DNA of 64,000 nt from Octopus vulgaris (lineage: Eukaryota). The position numbers were made by a program, and so were the translations under genes. This document shows positions 1 through 53,440 of this stretch, one piece after another (the stretch's first letter is position 1; each line of letters starts with the position of its first letter). The stretch spans positions 42,718,001 to 42,782,000 of the forward strand of contig OX597819.1 of assembly GCA_951406725.2 (NCBI GenBank), written 5' to 3'. The notes beneath the pieces were generated by a model. It did no database searches. It was not told where the DNA came from and saw only the letters and a list, made by a program, of their open reading frames with translations.

Positions 1-2932
1 CACTGTACAGTCACTGTGGTAGAACTGTAGTAGCAAATAACATAGTTAATTAGTCAGAAAATAAGAAATTGGTGAAAGGGCAACACATTCCATTCCTAAG
101 AAGCTGTGTGTATGTGTGGGAACTGAGGTAGATCTCATTAGGACTTTTTTAAAAAATACCATTGCTACAAAAACAACCAATTAGCCCACATGATACAAGT
201 TGCAATCTAATTTCCAGAAAAGTAAATTAATTTTTCAATGATTTTTCTTTATTCAACAGAACTAGAAGATTAAATTTTAGGATTTAAGAAAAAAAAAGTG
301 CTAATACTTAAGCAGAAATAAATTAAATGTCATGGAAGTTCTTTGCTTGTCAAAGAAAGATATTGGATAGATAGCATTATACATTTTTAGTTATATTTAT
401 ATATGATTATATATGTTTATACAAGTGTGTATGTATATCGATGATATATTATTACAAACACACTCACACACTCTCTCTCAAACGTGTGAATAATGATTCA
501 AATTACGAGATAAATTTTAGCTGTTAAACAAAGTTAAAAAGAAAATTCTTCCAGAATAAATTTGACAAAATATTCTATATCTTATATTTTGTGTATCAAC
601 TATTTAAATTTGCTTCAAATTACCTTACCCTTCCCACTGAATTTCATTTGGTACACTAGAATTAGCAGTTAATATTCTTGACTTAGCTTAGCTATAGAAC
701 TGTACAGATACACCACCACACTTAAGATAGATGAGGCGTCATTACAGAACAGAATAGATAAATGATGTCTAGTTGTAGAGTTTTAAAGGTCTCACATCTT
801 GCAAAACATAATGACTAGATACAATTCTAAGAGTTGTCTGCATTATCTCCAATCTGTTTACTTTAAAACTATTGGGGAAAATATAACAACTTTACATGCT
901 GACATTGAAAATGAGACAAAAACAAACTAGAATTAAGAGTTACATGAGGTAGATTTTAGAAATTATTTGTGGTTATAAATAGACTTGCTATGTTCTTAGC
1001 TAACTGGACTTCAAAAATAATTAAATACTTAATGAGTTTAATTAAAACATTGTTTTCTCTGGAAAATACTTTTAGAATCTGCAAACCAACAGAATTATTC
1101 GTGCATACAATATACACACTTGGATATAACATAATAGTAACATAAATATATTTTGATGTCATATGATATATATAACACGTAACAAATTAATTAGAATTGT
1201 TAAATGGAGATGATTGAGTTTTTTTGTCATTGTTTGTTCTGAAAAGGAGGATTTTTTTTTCTGGTGGGTGGGGTTCCCCTCTGTTTTCTATTAGACTACT
1301 ATGCATCACTTTAACCTTTATTTATAAATAACAAAAGAAAAAAAAAATTGTAAAGATGACTCTTTCTGTTTATCAATGTAGGAAATGGAATCTATTGTTG
1401 TCTGTGCAATGGTAGTTTACAGCACCCAATATAGCTACGAACAAATGAGGATTATGAAGAAGATATGTGTTACAAAAATATTAAAATTAATAATTATGGT
1501 AAAGATAATAATAATAATAATAATGATAATAATTATTAGCAGTGAATAAGTAGAGAACAAGAATACAATCATTAATAATTTAGCACCAACAGTACACTAG
1601 GACATGAAATTAAAAAAAATGTGGTGTTTATAATGCAGTAAAAAAAATAAATAAAAGGAAAGCAATTTGAAATTTTATTTTATAAAAAAATTTTAAGTAG
1701 GTTTTGGAAGAAGAGGAGGGGGGAAAGCTGAGATAATGTTAATAAGTGGAAGGTGTGAATTAAAGACAATAGAACAACAAAGTGAGATTTTTTTTTATGC
1801 TTTATCATTGTATACAGAGGCATTGTTTCTCCATGATTAATTAAGTTCCTGAAGCTCAACTTTGAAGAGAGTCACATTTTTTTGTCTTTCCATGTTTATT
1901 TATGGCATTGCATGTTCAGATGATTGATGGCAGGGTGGGGGTGGAGAGGAAAGAAAAAAAATGAGGGGTATTTTGTTATTTTTTCTTCATAATTTAGAAG
2001 AGAAAAAAAGTGGGGGTGGTGGTGGGTAGTGGGTGATGGTAGGGACAAAAAATGATTTATAATGAGCAGAACATTCTTTTTAATGTACACTTGCATTCTA
2101 TCCCTCTCGAGCCAGTCTGACAATTTTAGACACAGAAACAATTGCTAGGAAGTGAAACTACTTGTCACTTAGAATACCCAATAAAGAAACCATTTTTATT
2201 TTAGAAAGAAAGTAGTTATAATAGAACAATATTTCTGTCGTTTTTTGTTTTGCTTTTCTCCGTTTTCTTTCAAAATACAGAACATTTAATTCCTAGCAGC
2301 CGGCCAAGCCATAACCCGTATATAGCTGACCTTTCCTTTAAATATGGAAAGGAAGAGGGATAAGAAAAGAGAACAATGATAAAATATATTAGTGTATTCC
2401 AACTCGTAAGTCAGCAGAAGATGGATGTACAATTTGACAACTTTTTTGTTTTTGAGAAATGTTACTAATAATATTGTATTCTGAAAGCTTTTGTTATGTT
2501 ATGATTTGAAAATACAGAATTAAGCCAACAAAAAGGCTGGTGGTGAAGGATGAGTGAAAAATATAATAAATAAATAACAATTATTATTGACATAGAAGCG
2601 TAACCTGGAAGTAAATGGCTGTGGTCGATGCCAAAAACATCTTCAAGCTCAGAATTTAGATGCAAGGGGAGATAACTCTGGCATTCTTTTTTTTTTTTTT
2701 TTTTGCTATAGTCACGAACTATAAATTAACTAATTAGACAAAGACCATAATATACAGTAAACGTCCTCACATACAATCAATAAGGATGGCTTTAATTTTC
2801 ATTTGTATTCAGTTCCACAGTGCACCCGCCTTTTCCAGCTTTAGGTTACAGGAAATGTAGCTAACAAGTAGTCACGCATTCATTTTGAAGACACAGGCAG
2901 GTGTATGTGAACACACGCATATATATATATAC

Positions 2933-2992
<60 letters not shown>

Positions 2993-4258
2993 ATATATAT
3001 GTATATATCTATATATATATGTATATATATATATATATAAATTTGACATTTATTAGATATTAGGGAAACAAAAAGATATAATAATGCAAGCATGATTTCA
3101 ATACAATATTTGGATGGAAATTGTAATCAAGAAAGAAAAAGCAAAAATCCAAGAACTTGACCAAGTTAAGTTTTTCTTTCCCTTTCTATGATTTTTAATT
3201 TAATTTTTTTTTTCTTCTTCCCTGAGAGGGAACAATAAAGACCAAAAGAAAAGTGATTTTGCTTTGATTCAACATTGAAAACAAGACAGAAAAGAAATTT
3301 GGTATTAAACAACAGAATAATTCAAAATAACTCTACAAGACAAAAGAGGACTTGGTACAACTAAAAGAAAAAACAGAATGTTATTACTATTATTAGATTT
3401 TTTAAACAATAAATTTTAGAATTTTCAATCCATATTGAAGCAGTCTCAACAAATCAAGTTTTCCAATGCTAAAAACCAACTAAATTTTATTGATCATATA
3501 ATAACTTTTAACTAATGATTACATCTGAAGTTATTCAATTTAAATTACAGAAGAGAGAAAGATGTAAACCCTATAACTAATTGTTTATTACCCGTGAGGT
3601 TCAGGTCTACTTGCTGCTTCTACAGTTTCACGGTGACATAAGGCATAAAGAGATCAGTTGCTTATTCAAGGACAACGATAATAGGACTTGAAATGACACT
3701 TCTATTAGACTTGTTCCAATGTCCACTCAGAAACAGACTAAACAAAAACTAAAATATCTTTAACTGGATCTAGTTAATAATTAAAATTACCAGTGGGTGT
3801 TGAAACAAACTACATGAAAAATATCATATAGGGAGGCATGTGGACAAAAAAGAAATAATAGTGGTTGTCTTTGAAAGGGTCATAGAAGCAGCTATTTTAC
3901 CCTTATTCTAACCAAATTTAAATCAAAATACCTCAAATGGCAGAAAGATGGTTAAATATAACTCCTAAACATTTTACCCATTACCACTACCTACTCCTAC
4001 TTTGACTTTTTAAAACAAACTTGGCTATAGGATATTTTGCTTTTAAAGTTTTTAACAATAACAGTAACCATGACGATAAGGACATGTTAAATATTTGCAA
4101 AGGAAGTAAAAAGAGTGTCTCATTTATTTCATTCCAAAGAATGCTTTTAACTCAGACTCAAAACTGGATTTGACATTGCTGAGAACTTTTCCGTATAATA
4201 CAGTAGGATCTATTATTACAGCAATAATAATGGCTTGAAAGTGTGGCTCTCTTTTGAT

Positions 4259-5090
4259 CAACCCTGACAGGATGAAAGGCAAAGTCAACCTCAGAATGTA
4301 AAGATGGATGAAATGCCACTAAGCCCAGTGCACTGCCTTAACAACAATGATTTCAAATTTTGGCACAAGGCCAGCAAGTTTGGGGGAGGGATTAAGTTGA
4401 TTACAATGATCCCAGTGCTCAACTAGTACTCTTTTTATTGACCCCGAAAGGATGAAAGGCGAATTTGAACTCAGAACATCAAGATGGACAAAATGTTACT
4501 AAGCATTTTGCCCAGCATGCTAACAATTCTGCCAGCTCGCTCCCTTAATGATAATAATAATAATAATGCCTAACATAAGCACAGGACCAAATATTTGTGG
4601 TAGTAAGAAAATCATTCTTTAACCATTCAGCCAATACACCAGCATCAGTGATAATCCTTTCTACCATAGACACAAGGCCTGAAATTTGTGGGGAGGGGGC
4701 CTAATTGCTCACATGAACCCCATTGCTCAACTTGTACTTATTCATCAATTCCAAAAAGATGCAAAGCAAAGTTGACCTTGGTGGAATTTTAACTCACAAT
4801 GTAAAGTCAGAAAAAATACTGCTGAGCAATTTTTCTAGCAAATTAATGTTTCTGTCAGCTTCTTAATTTACCCACCTCAATAATATTAATAATAATAATT
4901 TAAGCACAAGCCCAGCAATTTTGAAAGGGAGAAGTTAGTTGATTCTATCAACCCCAGTACTTCACCGGTACCTTATCTTATCAACCCCGGGAGGATGAAA
5001 GGTAAAGCTGACCTTGATAGAATTTGAACTCAAGATCTAAAGAGCTGAACAAATGCTCAAAGGCATTTTGTTCAATACTTCTATGATTTT
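4259..5090 (-). mobile_element. Cluster of 3-4 diverged copies of the same SINE superfamily
   Basis: GGATGAAAGGCAAAG / AATTTGAACTCA / TTCTGCCAGCT motifs recur at about 4270, 4450, 4780 and 4995. Confidence 0.8.
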
Positions 5091-6933
5091 ACAATAATAA
5101 AATATTATCATCACTTCTTTTAAATTCCCTTATCCAAACAGGTTGTATTATCAATGTAAATTAGCAATATTAAATGAGACCATATTTTATAAATACCCTG
5201 AACTGCTAGGATTATTACCTATTCAAAAAATTTATGATACCCCTGTCACTGAAATATCTACAGGATTATCTTAGCTAAATAATACAACATGGGGGTTTTG
5301 ACTTAGCACTTTAAGCCCATGAAACATTACTTAATTACAGTGTTTGCAAAATGAAGCTATAATTAATTCATGGTACATTATTAGGTAGACTGAACAAGTG
5401 AGAATAGTCTTGGCTGTGAACAATGCGACAGGACTAGCATTTACCATACCCATTGGGTAGCTTTTATCATATTGGCCAGCTAAGTGGTCTCAACAAATTA
5501 AACAAATATAAATTCATGAAGATAGAATAACTCTTAATTTATTCCTATGAAGAGATGAGCAATGAGATCTGTATATATATATATATATATATATAAAGAA
5601 GTATACATAAGAAATAGTAGATGATGTCTTCTAAAATTGCAGCAAGATTTTCTTTTTCAGTTGAGATGGGCTCAAAACTGAAGATTTGTTTTGTACTTTT
5701 TAAATCAATATAAGAAGTGACAATCATATCTAAACATAATATGTAGTCATGGTGTGTTTCTTGAGTGGGTCTTAATCATCAGGAATCTACACACAAACAG
5801 AAACTGAGACTTAATAAGAATTTTTTGTAATGCACCGATTTCCTAGCAATTGATGGTCCAGTACCTCTTTTAATCTTGATGTAACTATGAGCAAACACTT
5901 GAATTTCCCATGGACCTGCCAAACTTGGGGAGAGTGTTTCTACTTTTATAAAGTTCCTAGTGAATTAACAAGAGTGTGTCATTAAGATTTGTTAATGGAA
6001 GAGTTATTAATAATATGGCAGCAGACTTCAAGGAATTTCCCTGAATTATTACATGACCTCAGTTAGTCTATTGAAAAAGTAATCTGGTACAGGTCTGTTA
6101 CTCTAAGTACTAAAAAAATCAGCAATGTACCAGCTATTATAGCACAATCTTCTACAGGATAGTGTTAAAACAGTTATAATAGGATTGTGTTATAACTGGA
6201 ATAAGTCTTTCAACTTTTACACATATGGAAATTTAAATATTATTCCAACAACTGCTTTCATTCTTCGATGTATATCTTCTATTTCTATCTCAAGCAACTT
6301 AGAAATATTGATGATATCATTTTATAATCGACTAGCTGAAGTAAGGCAAATAGAGTTATGCAGATTAATTTGAAAGAGAGCAAGAGAGAGAGGGAGACGA
6401 TACAATGGCTATAGTAATAACATGGGGGCATGTGATCAGTTACCATACAGCAACTGTATATTCAATAACTCTTACTTCTTACACAACAGTCAAATTCTAC
6501 AGGGTAATATCATTATTTAACTAAGATTAAATCTCTCATGAGTTAAAGAGGAAATGTTATTTAGTAATCAGGAAAATCCATTTCATTTCCTAATTTATGT
6601 TGCAAATCATAAGAACTGGTTAAATAATTCCATGTCACCCTCCAAAATTGAAAATGAGCTATAAAACCACATTTTCTAATTGCTAACTGTCCAAGGACTT
6701 GGATGGATTTAGATTTTCATTAACTTTTATACATACATACATATGTAATGTGTGAATGTGGCTAAAATGGTCAACAAGTGTACAATTAGGAAAATGCATT
6801 GTGGAGTGATGCAGCTATTTGCAATAATCTTAAGCGAAGCCAAAATACTCATTGTTGAACAGCAGTAGAGTTAGAAATCTGCTAAGAAGGACACGTAAAA
6901 AATTATTGTTGTGAGTTCACTCTATAGCTAGGA

Positions 6934-6966
<33 letters not shown>

Positions 6967-6977
6967 ATAATAATAAT

Positions 6978-7190
6978 GGTTTCAAATTTTGGCACAAGGC
7001 CAGGAATTTTGGGAGAGGGTGCTAGTCGATGTCATTAACTCCAGTGTTCAACTGGTACTTAATTTATCGACCTTCGAAAGGATGAAAGGCAAAGTTGACC
7101 TCAGCAGAATTTGAACCCAGAACATGCAGACAGACGAAATGCCACCAAGCATTTTACCCAGCGTGCTAACGATTCTGCCAGCTCACCGCC
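6978..7190 (-). mobile_element. tRNA-derived SINE, full length
   Basis: Reverse complement begins GGCGGTGAGCTGGCAGAATCGTTAGCACGC; ends in (TTA)n. Confidence 0.85.
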
Positions 7191-7757
7191 ATAATAACAA
7201 TAATAATAACAATAATAATTGGCCAGTTGTGTCCAGTTTGAGTCACATTCCTCTGGTTGAGATCAGATGAACTTGGAAAGAGACAGAACTACAATGAGAC
7301 ATTATAGGAGATAATTATGTTTATTTATTTGTTTATTAATTTATTTTTTCATTTTGAAGAAATAATTTTTCTTTTGTTTTTTATTTTTCCCATTCACTAA
7401 TCATTTATCGGAATACTGAAACAAGAATTTAAATAAATAATTAGCTCTTTAAAATGATTAGTGCGTTAAAAGAAAAAAAAAAAGTTTAAAACTTATTGAA
7501 ATGATCAGAGATTTGATTAAAAATTTCATGGAATCAGAGTGAGTTGATGAATGAATATTTTATATGAAAAGTGTTGCTATGAAACAAGGGAGAAAAGGAA
7601 ACGGTCAAAGTTGCTAAATATTAGATCATTCAGATTAGACATATTGGTACTTTCATTGCTGTGATTTGCATTATCTATTTAGTTAGAATTATTATTACTA
7701 TCATTTGAATATAACATTGATTTTAGAACAGTGGAGCAAAAATTTGCTAAGAAGATT

Positions 7758-8041
7758 GTGGCCGTTGCCAGCCTCATCTGGCCCCGTGCCGGTGGCACGT
7801 AAAAAGCACCATCCGATCGTGGCCGTTTGCCAGCATCGTCTGGCACCTGTGCAGGTGGCACGTAAAAAGCACCCACTACACTCACGGAGTGGTTGGCATT
7901 AGGAAGGGCATCCAGCTGTAGAAACACTGCCAGATCAGACTGGGCCTGGCACAGCCTTCTGGCTTCCCAGACCCCAGTTGAACCGTCCAACCCATGCTAG
8001 CATGGAAAACGGACGTTAAACGATGATGATGATGATGATGA
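7758..8041 (+). mobile_element. Second SINE-like family with internal approx. 55-bp direct duplication and (GAT)n tail
   Basis: GTGGCCGTT(T)GCCAGC...GGTGGCACGTAAAAAGCACC occurs twice, then GGAAGGGCATCCAGCTGTAGAAAC...GGACGTTAAACGATGATGATG. Decayed relatives at about 21510, 24970 and 49200. Confidence 0.75.
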
Positions 8042-8299
8042 TTACTGTCAATTATTTTCATCACCATCATTGTCATTTTTTTCTTATTAAGGCAAGTTAA
8101 AATTATTTCTGAAATATAGGACATGTTCAATACCCCATCACAAATATTATAGCATATCTTAATAATATCTTGGGCCTTGAATACCTATGCTTATCTGAAA
8201 TAGAAGCTATTTAGTCTCTTAAATTAATTAGTGGCCTAAAATTCCTCACAGGATAGATAGATTTCATCTGATATGGAAGAAGGTGAAAGGAGGAGATAG

Positions 8300-10443
8300 A
8301 CAATAGTTTTCACACCACACATAGATATAAAGCAGAAAATGTGGTAGAACAATATAAGCTAAAAAAGAGAAGGATGAGGAAGAGCAGGCAGATAAAAAAA
8401 AAAGCACATTTGAAGGTGAGACAAAAATTCATTCTTTGTATTAATCCACAGCCTCATCAGCTCCAAGATGAAGAGGTAGAAGTTGAGAAAAATACAACAG
8501 ATCAAAAAAAAAAAAAAAAAAAGGAGGGGGAATAAAAAAGAAAGCTAAGAGATAAGAGAATATTGACAACATAACAGTTATTGCTTAGTGTTGAAGCTTC
8601 AAAGACAATGTATGAAGGTGTGGAGGGAGATTTTTAGTTGGTGCCTTCTTCTTACTGAAATAATTCTCCACAACTCTTCTACCATTCCAGCAAATAAATA
8701 AAAATAAATAAATTTTAAAAAACCATTTTTTTTTTTGTGTTTGCTATGAAAAAAAAAAAAAAATGATGCTCGTTTAGTGACATTAAACAATGCATCTTGA
8801 GGAAGTGTCTTTGTTATTTTTTTTTGCAAGTTTTTGGTCTCCTTTTCTTTATTTTTTCATAGATTACTTAAAAAAAAAAAAAAAAAAAGCTTCGGAAGTT
8901 CTTTAGCTATTTTGTTGTAGCAGTATGTAGTAGTAGTAGTAGTAGTAGTAATCATGAACCTCTAAGGCAAGCAGATTTATTAAGGAGTCTTGCCTAACAA
9001 TTACAATACAACACCTTCAGCTGTATGTGATGAATTTTCAGCTCAAGAGCAGAACAGCAAAAGAAGTCCAATACCTGATCCATCCACTGTTGTACTTTTC
9101 ATTTAAATATCAATAATGACAACAGAGGAGTGTGGTGAAGAAGAAGAAGAAGGAGGTCTTGTTAAAAAGGAGCTGTCATGGAAGATGTCTACAAGAAGGA
9201 ATCAGCTGAAAACGAAAGCTTGTGTTTTCTTACGTAGGGTTTAAATTGAGTGTGGTGGACATTGACTAGACAGTGTCCTCCATGGGCGGCTTTATTTGTT
9301 GTCCAGTAAAGAATAACCTATCTGATTAGAACAATTTGCTAAGCCCTAAGATGGCTTTGTTTTTTTTTTTTTTATTCCCCTCTCCTCTCCCTACTCCCTG
9401 CATATCTCTCATAGGAAAACAACCCTCTCTCATTAACAATCAAGCAGATTTTTTTTTCTCCCCCACTGCCAGTAAGAATGAAGGTGATATAAATGAAAAC
9501 TAAATTGATTTACTAAATGCATCAGGGTTAAATTACAGAATTTCAGTGTGTGTGTGTGTGTGTGCGCGTGTGCACGCATTTGAATGAGTGTGTATGGTGG
9601 CGAGAAGAGACAGATGAAGGAAGACAAACTATAACAACAACAACAAAACTAACAACTGAAATTATTTAATAACTAGAAATAAGAGAGAGAGAGAGATGTT
9701 GATAAGTTTCATATTAATTTTAACACATTCATATTTCAGGAGTCTCAGTTTATAATTTGAGAGAAAGAGAAAGAGAAGAAAATGAAATGTACTGCTGAAA
9801 TATTTTTGCTAATCTTGAATTTGTGACAACTGTTTAATCCTTTAGCATTCAGATTACTCGTCAAATGTAATGCTTATTTATGTATGTTGTTTTGAATTAA
9901 TCTTGCATTATCTTGTAATATCAAGATTTTGATGTAATTGCTTATTTTTAAAAATGACATTATAGGGTATTGTATGATATTTAAAATTATAGTGTATGTT
10001 AGATCTGGCCAGTTTAAATGCTAAAGAATTAAGGAGAGATCAACAATATTAGAAATAAATCTACCATGTGTATGTATTATGTGTGGATGTGTATATATAT
10101 ATATACACACACACACGTAAATTTATGAAATGTTAATATGGCTGTTAGGGTTTTGAAAAAGAAAAAGAAAACTTTTCTTTTAGCTTCCAGTTTTTACTGA
10201 GTTAGATGGAATACATCTTGCCAGTTTTGCAGGGCTTGCGTGATGGCACAGGGTATCTCCAAACTTGGAAAATATTGAGCATAAAAAGAGAAGAATTGTT
10301 CTTTAAATGACTATGTAAGCTTGTAAGGGCATAAAACTGTTTCTCCACTGCCTCGAACAAGAACTGTTCTCCTGGACAGAAACAACGACTGACTGCCTAA
10401 GCTACAATGTATTAGGAGCATTGAGATTCATGTCAGCCAAATT

Positions 10444-10487
<44 letters not shown>

Positions 10488-11048
10488 CACATACATATAT
10501 ATATATATATACTGCAGTATACACAAATGTCACTACTTATACAGTAACATAGACAAATGTTTAATGTTTCTTAAGCTACCATACATACATGTGTGTTTGT
10601 GTGGTATATATACATATATATATATACACATACAAACGCACATACATAGCATGTATATATATATATATATGCATGTAAAAAGTGAATGGGAAGTGGCTTA
10701 TGGCAAAAACCTAAAAAACAAAAACTAGCCAGATATAATGCAAAGTAGTTTGTACATGGAAACTTAAACAGAACTGCTAAGCATTTAGAGGGAAGAGAGG
10801 GAAACAATGACATCGTGGGTGGGTGGGTGAGTTGGTGAATTACATAAATAAATAGCACCCTGCCCCATGCAACCTGTTCTTTAGTGACAATATTCCCACT
10901 CTATCTTGAGAACGTTTTATCTGTGAACATAAATGTGATATGACTACCAACATGATTTGGGAGAGAAGAAGGGGAGGTAAAAAAAAAAATATACAGCCAC
11001 CAAACTCAGCAAGTATTCCTAAATTTTGTTGCATATTATATATATATA

Positions 11049-11083
<35 letters not shown>

Positions 11084-13351
11084 GATACTGATGTCATAAA
11101 AGAATTTTTTTTGTTTTTGGTAATGTGAAGGCCAATAAAAGAGATCTTATGATCTAACTTTTAATGTTAGAAACAAACATCCACTCATCCGTTCCTCCTT
11201 CCCCACCCCCTACAAATTGAGTCTTTTTTTTCTTCTTTAATGACTATTATTACTATTATTTAATTTTATTTGTTTTTCCATTGAAAAAAAAAAACATTGT
11301 GGACAGAGCGTTGTTGTAGCAGTAATTCTTGTCATCTTACTGTCCTTGAAGGTTCGGTTCTGAGTGGAGAGGAGGTGTGGATGTGGGAAGGTTAGGGTGG
11401 AGAGACTACAGGGCCAGGAAAGAGGTAGGGGTCCCCTCTTTTACCGTTTTTTTTTTTTTTTGGAGAAAAGGGCATGGCGGTGGTTGTGAGTGAGCGAACA
11501 AGGGTGATGACTGAAAAGAGAAAAGAGTAAATGGAAGGGTGGGGGGTGGAAGGAGAGTCACAGCAGTGGTGACAGGGGGTGGGAATGGGGAACCCTAGGT
11601 CCGGTGATGAGAAGAATGAAGCTGGTAACCATGGAGATATGAGGCAGATGATGCAGTTCAGAACAAGGGCAACAACAACCTCTCCTAGTGAGTACTAAAA
11701 ACATCACAAAATAGTGACATCACTATCTCATGCAATATTTACAATGATCAGAATTTTTATCACTTTTAAAAAAAAGTTGCTTTTTTTTTGTTATTTTTTT
11801 CCCCAGGTTTCTCATAATTGGATGTTTTTGTTTTTTTTTACTGTTGTTCATTTTGTCGTTTACTCTTAAAATAATACAACCAAGGAAAAAAGTATTGTCA
11901 ATGTTTTTTTGTTTTTTTTTTCTCTTTTACTCGTTTAACTGTCTTTCTTAAATGGAAAGAAAGAAAAAAAAAAATAATTAAAAAAAAAACAAGGATGGAC
12001 TCGATTTTCTTCTTTCAGTATTGTCATTTTTGTTTTTTTATATATTTTTGTTAAACATAAGCTCCTATTTTTTTATATTTTTTAAAATCTTCTTTCACCT
12101 TTTTAAAAGTATAGAGGAAAAAGATAAGAGAAAAACAAAAAGAATACACACATGGTGAATGAAATCGTCACATATTGATGGCAATGTTTATACAAAAATA
12201 TCAAAGCTTGTTCTTTTTTCTCTCTTTTCTTTTTCTTCCTCACCTTTTTTTTCACTAATTATTGTTTTTTGTTTATTTTTGTTTTAATTATATGGACCAG
12301 AGGCGCCATCAGTGAAAGAAGCTGTGAGCTGTACGACGGAGTTGCATGGCAATAGATTTCAGTAAAGTTTCTGTTTTAGGCTTTTGCTCGTTCTTTCATT
12401 TTTTCTATTTTTTTTGTATTTTTTCCAAAATTTTGGGCGACCCTGCGATTTATTTAGTTTTAAATTCCTTTTTGTCTTGTATTTTTACCCCCAGTTCTGT
12501 TAGTATTTTTCGCTTGTTTGTTGTTTCGTTTTTGCTTTTTTTTTTTTGCTTTCTTCAAAATCTTGTTTTGTTGGACAAATATCGAACCAAATTCTTTGAC
12601 TGCTGACCCTGAGCAGTGCTGAGATTCCTCCCTACCCTCCCCAAGCATAAGCCTAGCTTAAACAGACCTCAGTGGAGCCCAACACCTCCCAGAGTGGCTC
12701 AACTATTCATTCTTCAATCTAAATTGTTTAAGCTTCAGATTTAGGCTTTGGTAATTTTTTTTTAAAGATACAATCACACATACATACATACACACACATA
12801 CATACATACACACACGTGTGTATATATGTGTGTGTGTGTATGTGTATAAATATGTATGTGTGTGTATATATATGTGTGTGTGTGTAAAACATACAATCTA
12901 CATGCAAACACACACCCTTCCTTCAACTATGCACACATGCACCCCACCAGACTTGAAACAAGCATGTACATAATTGTATGTGCAAATATGTATGGTTTCA
13001 CATATATTCTTATGCATACACACACAGACATAGACCCATATATAACACACAAACATAGCCCAAGGAGACATGTATGCATAATGTGACTCTGCATATATGT
13101 ACCTTAGTGCATGCATCCATTTACACAGACATGTACCACACACACACACACATATACATACATAGTTATATATATATATGTGTATATATAATACATGCCG
13201 TCTCTATTTTCTTTGTCTGGTTATGTTTGGTAAATCCTTTTAATGTCCTTATCTATTTCATATTCCCCTGCCAGCAGCATGGCAGGGGGTAATAGTGAAA
13301 TATTATGCTACCTGTAATCGATGGTTTTTGGAATTGGAAATGTGGCTTTCC
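8300..13351 (-). other. Probable (long) 3' UTR of the TCF gene; distal end not determinable
   Basis: Directly downstream of the stop; no credible ORFs; low transposon density with unique blocks separated by A/U tracts. The left boundary is a guess. Confidence 0.4.
9834..10032. mobile_element. MITE, family of 45268-45488
   Basis: TTAATCCTTTAGCATTCAGATTACTC...TTTAAATGCTAAAGAATTAA. Confidence 0.65.
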
Positions 13352-51988
<38,637 letters not shown>

Positions 51989-52237
51989 CTGAAGTAGAAA
52001 AAAAGTGAAAAGAAACATTTTTAATATCTAAAATGAACAGCAACAATATCAATAACAGCAGCAACAACTGGGTCAAATAGAATTCACTGAGGTAGATTTT
52101 CAGCAGTTGGATGCTCTTCCTGCCACCAATCCTAACCTGTTACCAAGCAAAGCAATATTTTCCCAATTGCCAGGAATATTTTAACAGAAATTTGAAACAA
52201 AGGACACTGCTTGCATGATGGTAATGTGCATTTTTAA

Positions 52238-52467
52238 GGCGGTGAGCTGGCAGAAACGTTAGCACGCCGGGCGAAATGCTTAGCGGTATTTCGTCTGCGT
52301 TACGTTGTGAGTTCAAATTCCGCCAAGGACGACTTTGCCTTTCATCCTTTCGGGGTCGATAAATTAAGTACCAGTTACGCACTGGGGTCGATGTAATCGA
52401 CTTAATACCTATGTCTGTCCTTGTTTGTCCCCTCTGTGTTTAGCCCCTTGTGGGTAATAAAGAAATA
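52238..52467 (+). mobile_element. Young full-length tRNA-derived SINE with target-site duplication
   Basis: A-box-like head GGCGGTGAGCTGGCAGAA, B-box-like GAGTTCAAATTCC, central GACTTTGCCTTTCATCCTTTCGGGGTCGATAAA. Flanked by GGTAATGTGCATTTT at 52220-52234 and 52468-52482. Near-identical to 31866-32096. Confidence 0.9.
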
Positions 52468-53183
52468 GGTAATGTGCATTTTATAATTATCACATAATGT
52501 CGAGACACTGACACACACACAGAGGTGGTAGGCTTCTTTCAATTTCCATCCATCTAATCAACCCATAAACACTTGGCCAGCAGAAGACACCAAGGTGCGT
52601 CATATAGTGGAACCTCCAAACCAGAAAACGTGGTTAAAATATATTAATTGGATACTTATTAGAGGAAAGGGAGGTGGAGGAAAAGACTTTGCCCACAAAT
52701 GAAATTGATGCAATTAATGCTCAGAATAAACACCTGTGTACATCAGCAGGAAAGAGGGGAAAAAAAGAGATGAGCAAAGGAACGAATTTTGAGGAGATAT
52801 GATACAGAAAAAGTGACCAGAAGAGGAATGGTGAATGCAGACAAATTGGTCCAGGATGGCAAGATTATATAGTTAGCTAGTTCAGAGAAGAGACAGGGCT
52901 ACTAAAAGAAACAGGTTTAATGATTGAATCATTCACTTATCAACTTTTATGACCTTCTTATAGATTCAGCCTAAGACGACAGTATATATGTCTGTCTGTC
53001 TATCTCTATGTCTCTCTTTCTCTCAACAGCAGTGCTGTCCAACTCAGGTAAACAGCACTTCAACTTGTTTTTTGACTGTCAACAGCTGTTGAAGGCCATA
53101 TATATATATATATATATACATATATATATTTTTAACCCCAGCACAGATTTCAAACATAACCATTTAGTAATGAAATACATGTG

Positions 53184-53440
53184 AAGGCACGTGGTTTAGT
53201 GGTTAGGGCATTCGGCTCACAATTATAAGGTCATGAGTTCAATTCCTGGCAGAGCGTTGTGTCCTTGAGCAAGACACTTTATTTCACATTGCTCCAGTTC
53301 ACTCAATTGGCAAAAATTAGTTGTACCTGTATTCCAAAGGGCCAGCCTTGTCACACTCTGTGTCACGCTGAATCTCCCTGAAAACTACGTTAAGGGTACA
53401 CATGTCTGCGGATTGCTTAGTCGTAACTGACGGAGTGCTC
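53184..53440 (+). mobile_element. Third tRNA-derived SINE family
   Basis: Head GGCACGTGGTTTAGTGGTTAGGG...GAGTTCAATTCCTGG then TTGTGTCCTTGAGCAAGACACTT; inverse copy at 34325-34620. Confidence 0.8.

Noticed and set aside
52238-52325. tRNA-like A/B boxes (also at 31866 and 53184)
   Set aside because: These are SINE heads continuing into SINE bodies; no complete cloverleaf is evident.
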